A DNA stretch of 64,000 nucleotides from Cyanobacteriota bacterium. Lineage in GTDB: Bacteria; Cyanobacteriota; Cyanobacteriia; PCC-6307; Cyanobiaceae. The stretch covers positions 8,048 through 72,047 of the forward strand of contig JAPLIC010000036.1 in assembly GCA_026389315.1 (NCBI GenBank). The letters run 5' to 3'. A model generated the notes under the pieces. It saw nothing but the letters and a program-made list of their open reading frames with translations. It was not told where the DNA came from and ran no database searches. The translations under genes were made by a program, and so were the position numbers. This document shows, piece by piece, positions 29,534-38,374 of this stretch; position 1 is the first letter of the stretch; each line of letters starts with the position of its first letter.

Positions 29534-30450
29534 TGATTGATTCTCCCTTGGTTTCTGTGGTCATGGGTGTCCGCAACGGCTTGCCTGATCTTGCTGGCAC
29601 CCTAGAGTCTTTGACTACCCAGTTGGAAGTGGCCTTCGAAATCATAGTCATCAATGACGGTTCTACCGATGGCACTGCCGATTTGTTGTCCGAATGGTCC
29701 ACTCGGGATCCTAGGTTGGTTGTACTGCATAGATCTGGGCGGGGGTTGACCGCTTCCTTGATCGAAGGTTGTCAACTGGCCCGTGGGACCTACCTGGCCC
29801 GTCAAGACTCTGGGGACAGCTCTCTCCCAGGACGCCTTGCCGCCCAGGTTGCCTGTCTTGAGGCTGATCCTGAAGCCTCACTTTGCTCTACTTTTGTGCG
29901 TCTGGTGGTGCCGGAAGGTGCGACTCTTGCGGTCAATAGGCCCGACGAGGGCTCCCTGGCCGATGGTTTAACCGGCCCGGCCCACCATGGTGCGGTGATG
30001 ATGCGTCGAAGTGCTTATGGGCAAGCAGGGGGCTATCGTCTCGCTTTCCATTATGCCCAAGATATTGATCTTTGGACCAGACTTGTAGAGCTAGGTCGTC
30101 ATCGGGTTGTGCCCCACATTCTCTATGAAGCCATCGTAGCCCCGGGCTCCATTAGCGGTTCACGCCGGAAGGAACAGGAGCAGTTTCATTCTTATATTGT
30201 CAACCTAACCCAGGCTCGTCGCCAAGGTTTGCCGGAGTTAGCCTGGTTGGCCAAGGCCGAGGCGCTTTCAGTCCGCTGCAAGAATGCCCCCGCCAAAGGA
30301 CGGAGTAGAGGGACGGCCAATGGCGCGTATTTTATTGCCGCTTGTCTTGAGCGGGATCATCCACAACTTGCTGCCAAGTACTTCAGGCAGGCCCTTGACC
30401 TCAATCCCCTCCATATGAAAGCTCGCCTTAAACTCTCCCGTCTGCGATGA
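29533..30450 (+). CDS. Glycosyltransferase family 2 with a C-terminal TPR-like helix pair
   Basis: VSVVMGVRN, INDGSTD, ARQDSGD and AQDIDLW; tail AAKYFRQALDLNP. Confidence 0.9.
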   Translation: MIDSPLVSVVMGVRNGLPDLAGTLESLTTQLEVAFEIIVINDGSTDGTADLLSEWSTRDPRLVVLHRSGRGLTASLIEGCQLARGTYLARQDSGDSSLPGRLAAQVACLEADPEASLCSTFVRLVVPEGATLAVNRPDEGSLADGLTGPAHHGAVMMRRSAYGQAGGYRLAFHYAQDIDLWTRLVELGRHRVVPHILYEAIVAPGSISGSRRKEQEQFHSYIVNLTQARRQGLPELAWLAKAEALSVRCKNAPAKGRSRGTANGAYFIAACLERDHPQLAAKYFRQALDLNPLHMKARLKLSRLR

Positions 30451-32522
30451 ACCTCACCGTCGCCATTCCCAGTTTCGGCCGCAATCAGATCCTGGTGGAG
30501 ACTATTGATGCCCTTCTGGCCCTTGATCCGCCACCGGTTGATCTTCTTTTAGTCGATCAGACACCGAAGCACGATGCCCCTACCGAAAGGGCATTAAAGG
30601 TCTGGCAGCAGGAGGGAAAACTTCGCTGGCTTAGGCTGCAAAGACCTTCTATTACTAGGGCCATGAATGTAGCACTGGAACAGGCGATCGGTGATAGGGT
30701 GCTGTTTCTCGATGATGACATTATTCCTGATTCCTATCTTCTTAAGGCCCATGTAGAGGCTGGACAGCGCACTCCCAAGGCTTTATTAGCCGGTAGAGTC
30801 ATTCAACCTTGGCATGGGGATGGATCGGAACCGGAAGATAAGCAGCCCTTCACCTTCAATACGCTTCAGCCCCGTGAATGTCTCAGTTTTATTGGTTGCA
30901 ACTTTTCTGTTCCACGAAGTCTTGCTTTATCATTAGGTGGGTTTGATGATAACTTTGTGCGTGTCGCCTATTGTTACGAGGCTGAATTTGCATACCGTTG
31001 GCGTCAAGCGGGCTATCCGGTTCACTATGAGCCTTCAGCATTGATTCGCCATCTCAGGACGGAACGAGGTGGTACGCGCAGTTATGGTGAACATCTTGCC
31101 ACGATCAAACCCGATCATGCCGTTGGTCGTTATTACTACCGCTTGCGCACCCAATCGCTAGCCTCGGCCCTGATGGGTTCCCTGGTCGATCTTGGGCGCT
31201 CGGTGCGGACCCGCCACCATTTCCGCCATCCCTGGTGGATTCCTATGGCCCTGTTGGCCGAGATTCGCGGCTTTGCCTGGGCTCTGAGACTTCATGCCCA
31301 AGGGCCGACCCTGCTGCCTTCAGAGCGCACCCGTCTTTTGATTGCCAGCAGCCACCCGATTCAGTACCACTCCCCCCTCTTCCGTCAGCTTAACGACGAT
31401 GCCGCTATCAATCCCGAAGTGCTCTATCTCACCTTGCCTTCGGCCGACACCCAAGGCTTGGGTTTCGGCAAAGCCTTCACCTGGGATGTGCCGCTGCTGG
31501 AGGGATATCACTGGCATCAGTCCAAGAGCGGCCGTGGCCTGGGCATCACCAGTGGCTACTGCGGTGTTTGGCTGCGTCATCCAGGCAGGGAGCTGGGCTG
31601 GGGGCCCCGCAGCCAACGTCCGGCGGCCTTGCTGTTGACTGGTTGGCATTTTTTCGGACTGGTTCAGCTGTTTTTGGCGGCTAAGTTGAGGCGAATTCCC
31701 GTATTACTAAGAATGGATTCCAATGGTTTTCGGCCTCGATCATGGATCCTTGCTTTCATCTATCGTGTTCTCTTCAGGGGGGTGGACGTAGTGTTAACAG
31801 TGGGAATTGCTAATGCTCGCTGGTGCCGTCTGAATGGTATTCCGCCCGCGCGAATGGTGCCTTCGCCCCATTTTGTTGATAACGCTTATTTTTCCGAAAA
31901 GGCCGCTACGCTTCGTCTCCAAAGGCAAGAATTACGCCAGCGATGGCAGATTCCTGTCGACGCATTTTGTTTCCTCTTCGCCGGTAAATTGCAGCCCAAG
32001 AAGCGTCCTCAGGACTTGCTGGAGGCTTTCGCCTTAATGAAGGCACAAGGCAAGATCCCTGGACGACCTTTGCACCTTTTGATGGTCGGCACTGGTGAGA
32101 TGGATGCCAGCTGCCGCACCCATGTCGAGGCGCTACAATTGCCAGTTTCCTTCGTTGGTTTCCTTAACCAATCCGAGATGCCTGGCGCCTATGCGGTTAG
32201 TGATTGCCTGGTGCTTCCCTCGGACCATGGTGAGAGCTGGGGGCTTGTTGTGAATGAGGCAATGGCTTGTGGGCTACCGGCCATCGTCAGTGATCTTGTT
32301 GGGTGTGCCGAGGATCTTGTCCAATCAGGAGTCACGGGAGATGTGGTGCCTTGTGCTAATCCCGAGGCCCTGGCCCAAAGTCTGATCACGATGGCGTCAA
32401 ATCCTGAGCGGGCAGCCCGCATGGGGGAGAGGGCCCGTGAATTAGTGCTTACCAAATACACCATCGAGGCGGCTGCAGCAGGTATTCACAAGGGACTGCT
32501 CCTGCTTCAATCTAGTCGATGA
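30447..32522 (+). CDS. Fused GT2-GT4 bifunctional glycosyltransferase
   Basis: N-domain VAIPSFGR, VDQT, FLDDD, GGFDDNF; C-domain SHPIQY, FAGKLQPKKRP, ESWGLVVNEAMACG. Confidence 0.9.
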   Translation: MNLTVAIPSFGRNQILVETIDALLALDPPPVDLLLVDQTPKHDAPTERALKVWQQEGKLRWLRLQRPSITRAMNVALEQAIGDRVLFLDDDIIPDSYLLKAHVEAGQRTPKALLAGRVIQPWHGDGSEPEDKQPFTFNTLQPRECLSFIGCNFSVPRSLALSLGGFDDNFVRVAYCYEAEFAYRWRQAGYPVHYEPSALIRHLRTERGGTRSYGEHLATIKPDHAVGRYYYRLRTQSLASALMGSLVDLGRSVRTRHHFRHPWWIPMALLAEIRGFAWALRLHAQGPTLLPSERTRLLIASSHPIQYHSPLFRQLNDDAAINPEVLYLTLPSADTQGLGFGKAFTWDVPLLEGYHWHQSKSGRGLGITSGYCGVWLRHPGRELGWGPRSQRPAALLLTGWHFFGLVQLFLAAKLRRIPVLLRMDSNGFRPRSWILAFIYRVLFRGVDVVLTVGIANARWCRLNGIPPARMVPSPHFVDNAYFSEKAATLRLQRQELRQRWQIPVDAFCFLFAGKLQPKKRPQDLLEAFALMKAQGKIPGRPLHLLMVGTGEMDASCRTHVEALQLPVSFVGFLNQSEMPGAYAVSDCLVLPSDHGESWGLVVNEAMACGLPAIVSDLVGCAEDLVQSGVTGDVVPCANPEALAQSLITMASNPERAARMGERARELVLTKYTIEAAAAGIHKGLLLLQSSR

Positions 32523-33721
32523 CGTTGTTAACCTCTGGTTCTCAGCCCCTGAAAGTTCTTCATGTGATTCCCTCGATCAGCTCCCGCCGGGGTGGACCGA
32601 GTCAGGCCGTGATTGAGATGGTGACAGCTTTGCGATTACGAAAGGTTGACGCCGCTATCCTGACAACCAATGATGATTGCGAATCCTTATTAACTGATTT
32701 GCCGACAGGAGGTTGGACTACTTATTCTGGTGTGCCCGTTCTCGCCTTTCCCCGTTGGAGTCCACCTATGGGAGCATTGAGGGAATTTGCCTATAGTCCT
32801 GGCCTGAATCGATGGCTTCCGAACAACATACGTGATTTCGACCTCCTGCATGTTCATGCCTTGTTTTCATTCCCTTCCACAGCGGCGATGGTGCACGCAC
32901 GTCGGGCCCGAGTCCCCTATCTGTTAAGAACGATTGGTCAACTCAGCCCTTGGAGTTTGGCTCAAAGCAAGGGTCGCAAAAAGTTAATGTTGCATTTAGT
33001 AGAGAAGCGTAATATAACGCTTGCAAAGAGCCTGCATTTTACCACTACTCTTGAGCAGGATGAATGTTTTGCGGCTCTGGGACAGTCCTTCCCTTCTCTA
33101 GTTCTTCCTCTCGGTGTGCGGCTACCCACTCTTCCGCTTGAACAAAAGCCAAAAAAAGGGAATCTTCGCCTTTTATTTCTCTCTCGACTTCATCCCAAAA
33201 AGCAACTGGAAGTACTTCTGAAGGCCCTTGCTCTGCTCCAGACAGCCTCTCCTAACAGCGCTTGGCAGCTTGACATTGCCGGATCTGGTGAGCCCGAGTA
33301 TCTAGCCGGCCTTGTGAAGTTGACAAGAGAGCTTAATCTGTCCGAGCGATGTCATTGGTTGGGCCATGTTCAAGGCGAGGCTAAGACTACCTTGTTGCAG
33401 CAGGCCGATTGGTTTTTGCTGCCATCTGCGGCCGAGAATTTCGGCATCTCTGTCGTCGAGGCCTTGGCGGCCGGAACACCTGTGATTGTCTCCCCACAGG
33501 TGGCTGTGGCCGAGTTGGTAGAAGGAGCCGGAGCCGGCTTAGTCTGCCAAAGCGATCCCGCAGCCCTCTGCCAGGTTTTACTCAGCCACCGCCAGGGTCC
33601 CAGTTCAGCTATGAGGCTGGCGGCTAGGTCCCTGGCCGAGACGACTTTTTCCTGGAGTTCGGTCGCAGATCAACTGGAAACGAGTTATCACCAATTGCTT
33701 CACTCACCTCAGGTACGATGA
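32519..33721 (+). CDS. Glycosyltransferase family 4
   Basis: LHVIPSIS..RGGPS, FLSRLHPKK and ENFGISVVEALAAG. Confidence 0.92.
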   Translation: MTLLTSGSQPLKVLHVIPSISSRRGGPSQAVIEMVTALRLRKVDAAILTTNDDCESLLTDLPTGGWTTYSGVPVLAFPRWSPPMGALREFAYSPGLNRWLPNNIRDFDLLHVHALFSFPSTAAMVHARRARVPYLLRTIGQLSPWSLAQSKGRKKLMLHLVEKRNITLAKSLHFTTTLEQDECFAALGQSFPSLVLPLGVRLPTLPLEQKPKKGNLRLLFLSRLHPKKQLEVLLKALALLQTASPNSAWQLDIAGSGEPEYLAGLVKLTRELNLSERCHWLGHVQGEAKTTLLQQADWFLLPSAAENFGISVVEALAAGTPVIVSPQVAVAELVEGAGAGLVCQSDPAALCQVLLSHRQGPSSAMRLAARSLAETTFSWSSVADQLETSYHQLLHSPQVR

Positions 33722-35139
33722 CCTCGCTTTTGCTACTGATCCTTTTCTCAGGACTGATTTTATGCCTGCTTAATAACGATTGGAAGTCAGGATTGCTTTG
33801 GACGATTACCATCGGTTTCTGCCAGGATCCGATTCGCAAGTTAACTCCAGGTCAGCCCAGCCTGATGGTTGGATTTGTGTTAGCTGGATTTTTATTGTGC
33901 GCTTTTGTAATATATCAAATTAGAAGCCAGCTTGACCTTAAATACCTTTTCTGGACTTCTCCCCAGCTTCTAGATGCTATTCCTTTGTTTATTGCTTTAT
34001 TGGGTTTTCAAGCTGCTAATTCATTGTCTAGGTTTGGTAGTACACCCCTTGTCTTGATCGGGCTTTCTTTTTATATTGCTCCAGCTATAGCTTTGTGGAT
34101 GGGGTTTCACATAGGACGTGATTTATCTTTCCTACGTCGAGTTTTGGTTTTTTATTTTATTTTCAGTTGTATTTTTGCTTTTACTATACTACTTGATTTT
34201 CGCGGAGTTGACATTCCGGCCTTTGAGGAAGTGGGTTCCGGTATTTTAATTACATTTGAAGGGGGCTTTAAGTCTGGTGCATCTGGGTTTTGGAGAACTA
34301 GTGAAATTGCCTCATGGCATTTAGCGGCCGCAGCTTGTTTTAGCATCATTTTGACTCTCTCAGATCGCGATGTAGGTCGTCAGATCTTTTACGTATTGAT
34401 GGCGGTTCTGTTCTCTTTCCTTTCAGTTACTACAGGTCGTCGGAAGGCTCAAGTTTTGATTTTCGCTTTTCTTGGTATATATCTACTTGTTTTCAGCCGA
34501 CAAGCAAGCCCAGCATCGCGTGAGCGACTGATTATGTCAGTTTTGGGTGGGGCCGGTATATCTTTCGCCATTGCCTCTATTTTTCTAATCGATTTGTTTG
34601 GTTCAAATTATGACATATTCCTAGATCGTGCCTCTACGTCAGGAGAAGGAATTGGCGAACGTCTTCAGTTTCAAGGATTGAGTGCTTTTTTGAGAGCATT
34701 TGATGTGGGTGGCGGTTTTGGTTTAGGATTGGGGGCAGGATCTAACATAGGTAACTTCAATGCAGGTGTCAACCGCGCCACCGTCGGGAGTCTTGGCTAC
34801 GTATCCGAGGGCGGGGGGGGACGTCTTGTTGTTGAACTTGGTATTCCTGGGCTTCTTCTAATTGGCTGGATCCTCTTGCTTTTAGTTAAATTGATATGGC
34901 GAAATATTATGTTGATTCGCTATCTTCCGTACGAGCAGATTGCTTTGATTTCTGGAGGTCTTTCCTTTGGAATCGCCAACATATTGTTTTTCTTCTCTGC
35001 GGCGCAGCTTTATAGCGATCCCTTCATTCTTGTTATGTTAGGCATTTCTATCGGTCCAGTACTGAGCGTTCCCGTTCTTGTCTACAGCCTTCAGCAGCAA
35101 CAACGGACAAACCCCGCGTTGGTGAGGGGGGTTCCATGA
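33718..35139 (+). CDS. Wzy polymerase / O-antigen-ligase-like polytopic membrane protein
   Basis: About 10-12 hydrophobic segments; QDPIRKL, TGRRK, GFGLGLG and EGGGGRLVVELGIPG, a Wzy_C-like arrangement. Confidence 0.65.
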   Translation: MTSLLLLILFSGLILCLLNNDWKSGLLWTITIGFCQDPIRKLTPGQPSLMVGFVLAGFLLCAFVIYQIRSQLDLKYLFWTSPQLLDAIPLFIALLGFQAANSLSRFGSTPLVLIGLSFYIAPAIALWMGFHIGRDLSFLRRVLVFYFIFSCIFAFTILLDFRGVDIPAFEEVGSGILITFEGGFKSGASGFWRTSEIASWHLAAAACFSIILTLSDRDVGRQIFYVLMAVLFSFLSVTTGRRKAQVLIFAFLGIYLLVFSRQASPASRERLIMSVLGGAGISFAIASIFLIDLFGSNYDIFLDRASTSGEGIGERLQFQGLSAFLRAFDVGGGFGLGLGAGSNIGNFNAGVNRATVGSLGYVSEGGGGRLVVELGIPGLLLIGWILLLLVKLIWRNIMLIRYLPYEQIALISGGLSFGIANILFFFSAAQLYSDPFILVMLGISIGPVLSVPVLVYSLQQQQRTNPALVRGVP

Positions 35140-35993
35140 GCGATCAATCCACTTTTCATAACGCTAAGTTTTCTCTTCCTTTTGCGGTATTATTGCTTAC
35201 CTATAACGAAGAGGCCAATATTGGACGTACCTTAGCAGCGCTACATTGGGTACCCAGGATACTGGTCATCGATAGCGGCAGTACCGACAGTACCTTAGAC
35301 ATCCTGTCCGTTCAGCCGATGGTGACCGTTCTGCAACGTAACTTCGATAGTTTTGCAGACCAGTGTAACTTTGGACTTGACCAAATTAATGCTGAATGGG
35401 TACTCAGCCTTGATGCTGATTATGTTGTGACTCCGGCCCTCGCTGAGGAGATCTGTACTTGCTTTTACTCTTGCAAGTCCAAGCTTTATGCTGGTTTTGA
35501 GATTCCTTTTCGTTATTGCATTGACGGCAAACCATTGCGGGGAACTTTGTTGCCGCCGCGGATTTGTCTTTACCGTACTGTCTGCGCCAGATATCGCAAT
35601 GATGGCCATGGGCATCGGATAGATGTGACAGGCAAGGTCGGTCTTTTGCGCCACCCCATCCTTCACGATGACCGTAAGCCCCTTGAGCGTTGGTTGATAT
35701 CCCAGCAACGCTACTTGGCCATTGAGACCCGCAAACTCCTGGAGACCCCTTGGAGTCAACTGTCCGTAGCGGACCGTTTGCGCCTGAAAACGCCACTCGC
35801 TCCTCTGGCCGCTTTGCTGCTATGTCTTTTCGTTAATGGGGGCATTCTTGATGGTTGGCAAGGTTGGACCTATGCGTTTCAGCGTTGCTATGCCGAAATT
35901 CTGCTCAAGCTTATGCTGTTGGAAGCCAGGGCCAGACATCGAGATCGAGATCCCCAGGTCTCTGATCAACTCATGGGTCTACGATCACCTTAA
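35136..35993 (+). CDS. Glycosyltransferase family 2 (KdtX/WaaE-like)
   Basis: LLTYNEE, IDSGSTD, LSLDADY and GILDGWQG. Confidence 0.9.
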   Translation: MSDQSTFHNAKFSLPFAVLLLTYNEEANIGRTLAALHWVPRILVIDSGSTDSTLDILSVQPMVTVLQRNFDSFADQCNFGLDQINAEWVLSLDADYVVTPALAEEICTCFYSCKSKLYAGFEIPFRYCIDGKPLRGTLLPPRICLYRTVCARYRNDGHGHRIDVTGKVGLLRHPILHDDRKPLERWLISQQRYLAIETRKLLETPWSQLSVADRLRLKTPLAPLAALLLCLFVNGGILDGWQGWTYAFQRCYAEILLKLMLLEARARHRDRDPQVSDQLMGLRSP

Positions 35994-36062
35994 ATTTCCG
36001 GTCAGGGTTTTTTGCCCTGATATGGTCAAGAACTCTTTCTCCCCGTCCTTCGTTACTGATCG

Positions 36063-37097
36063 ATGCCTTCGATCCTGATCACCGGCGGCGCCGGCTTCAT
36101 CGGTGTCAACTCTGCCCTGCATTTCGCCGCCCTCGGTTGGGATGTTTCCGTACTTGATAATCTCTCCCGCCGAGGCACGGACCAGAACCTGCAATGGCTT
36201 CTCGCCCAACATCCAGCCATTTCCTTTCAGCGCGTTGATATTCGCGATTCCGAGGCCATCGCCACGGTGGTCAGGCAGATGCAGCCCTCGATGCTTCTGC
36301 ATCTGGCCGCCCAGGTTGCGGTGACCACCTCCTATACAGATCCGCGTGAAGATTTCGAGATTAATGCCATCGGCAGTTTCAACGTCATGGAGGCCATCCG
36401 TCTCCATGCACCTGAGTGCTTTGTTTTGTATGCCTCAACCAACAAGGTTTACGGGGGCATGGAATCCGTGCCTGTTGAGCTTGGAGAGCATGGCTATGCC
36501 TTTCGTGACCTGCCTCTAGGCGTTCCAGAGTCCCAGCCCCTTGATTTCCATTCTCCCTACGGCTGTTCTAAGGGCGTTGCTGATCAATACACCATTGATT
36601 ACGCCCGCATCTACGACCTGCGGACCTGTGCCTTCCGCCAGTCATGTATCTACGGGCAGCGCCAGTTTGGTATCGAGGATCAGGGCTGGGTGGCCTGGTT
36701 CAGTATTGCCTCTTTGCTGGGTCGCCCCATCACGTTGTATGGAGATGGCTGGCAGACTAGGGACGTGCTCAATGTCAGGGATTTGGCACGTGCCTATCAG
36801 GCTGCCTGGGATCATCAAGCTGAGATCAGCGGTCAGGCTTTCAATATCGGTGGTGGACCCTCCAACACCCTTTGCCTGCGTGATTTGCTCACCTTTTTAG
36901 AAGATGAGCTCAAGCTTAAGATCAATCCCCTTTCTGGTGCTTCCCGTCCTGGTGATCAACCAGTGTTCGTCTGCGACATCCGTAAGGCCCAGACCCAGCT
37001 GCAATGGAGCCCCCAGATCGCGGTTAGTGACGGCGTTCGTGATCTGATCCGCTGGGTGCGAGACAACAGGGAATTGTTTTCCTGGTTGAAATCGTGA
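36063..37097 (+). CDS. NAD-dependent epimerase, CDP-paratose/tyvelose 2-epimerase (RfbE)-like
   Basis: TGGAGFIG, AAQVAVTTS, STNKVYG, SPYGCSKG and QFGIEDQGWVAWF. Confidence 0.85.
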   Translation: MPSILITGGAGFIGVNSALHFAALGWDVSVLDNLSRRGTDQNLQWLLAQHPAISFQRVDIRDSEAIATVVRQMQPSMLLHLAAQVAVTTSYTDPREDFEINAIGSFNVMEAIRLHAPECFVLYASTNKVYGGMESVPVELGEHGYAFRDLPLGVPESQPLDFHSPYGCSKGVADQYTIDYARIYDLRTCAFRQSCIYGQRQFGIEDQGWVAWFSIASLLGRPITLYGDGWQTRDVLNVRDLARAYQAAWDHQAEISGQAFNIGGGPSNTLCLRDLLTFLEDELKLKINPLSGASRPGDQPVFVCDIRKAQTQLQWSPQIAVSDGVRDLIRWVRDNRELFSWLKS

Positions 37098-38374
37098 TGC
37101 CCAGCCTGGAGCCACTCGCTGTTGAACCCTGTCCCAGAGTGCAGGGGCGCCCAACCCCTGATCGCCCCAGGGCCCTGATCAGCACCATCGAGCCCATTGA
37201 TGGCGGCGTTCCTACCATGACCATGTGCATGGCCCGCATTGTGGCCGAGCTCGGCATTGAGCCCGTCTTCGCCTGGTACGAACCCTGGAGTCGTCAACCG
37301 GCCCTTTCCGTTCCCCTCCACGGTCTGCCCAGTGGTCGGCGGCCGGGCTCGGTGCGCCGTTTGGTCTACGAAGGCCATCAAGGCCATGGACTGGGTGCCT
37401 GGTTGCCCGAGCTCGAATTCACCCACTACCTGCCTAGACGCCATTGGCGCTCCTTGATTGCCGATTGCCGTTTTCATCTCAGCGTCACCGGCAACCCTCT
37501 CTGTGCGGCCCCCTATGCCCGGCTGGGCTTGCCCTTCCTGGCTTGGGTGGCAACTCCCTGGGAAGCCGATCGCAGCCAAAGGGTCCTGGGGTTTTCATTG
37601 CCTCGCCGCCTTCTGGATCGGGGGCTTAACGGTCCAGTGTTACGGCGCCTCGAACGCCAGATCCTCAGGGCCCGTGGTGGGCGTGTCCTGGCCCTGAGTC
37701 CCTACACCTCCCGGGCTCTGGAAACCATTGCCGGCCGTCCGATGGATGGAGTGTTGTTGATGCCCGTCGACCCCGCCATTTTTTCCCCGGCCCCAGAGCG
37801 CGTCCAGCCCTGGAAGGTGGGTTTCGCCGGCCGCTATGCGGACCCCCGCAAGAACATCGACCTCCTCCTTGATGCCATCCAGGCCTTGGTGGCCGCCGGG
37901 CGTCCCGTCCAACTGGATCTGGTGGGTGAGATGGACACGACTGTCTTGCAGGAACGTCTCCAACAAAGAGGTTTAGCCGAGGTCACCCGTTGTTTGCCCA
38001 CGCTAAGTCGCTACGCCTTGGCGCCGGTGCTGCAGGAGTTTGATGTGTTCGTCATTTCCTCCCACCAGGAGGGTCTCTGTATTGCCGCCCTTGAAGCCAT
38101 GGCCTGTGGTGTGCCCGTAATCAGCACCCGCTGCGGCGGCCCCGAGGATTATGTGCAGCCTGGAATCAATGGAGATCTGGTCGACAGTGACTCGGCGTCC
38201 ATGGCGGCGGCGATCAGCTCAATGTGCAAAGATCGTGCCCATCGTCAGGCCTGTGGTGCAGCGGCCGCTGCCTGGATCGAAACCAATGCCAGTTTTAATG
38301 CCGCGCGTCGGATTGTGCGTGAGCAATTAGCGGCCATGGACCCCACCTTTTTCTCCGTCGCGGGGGCCGCCTAA
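37094..38374 (+). CDS. Glycosyltransferase family 4
   Basis: GRYADPRKN and SHQEGLCIAALEAMACG. Confidence 0.9.
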   Translation: MMPSLEPLAVEPCPRVQGRPTPDRPRALISTIEPIDGGVPTMTMCMARIVAELGIEPVFAWYEPWSRQPALSVPLHGLPSGRRPGSVRRLVYEGHQGHGLGAWLPELEFTHYLPRRHWRSLIADCRFHLSVTGNPLCAAPYARLGLPFLAWVATPWEADRSQRVLGFSLPRRLLDRGLNGPVLRRLERQILRARGGRVLALSPYTSRALETIAGRPMDGVLLMPVDPAIFSPAPERVQPWKVGFAGRYADPRKNIDLLLDAIQALVAAGRPVQLDLVGEMDTTVLQERLQQRGLAEVTRCLPTLSRYALAPVLQEFDVFVISSHQEGLCIAALEAMACGVPVISTRCGGPEDYVQPGINGDLVDSDSASMAAAISSMCKDRAHRQACGAAAAAWIETNASFNAARRIVREQLAAMDPTFFSVAGAA

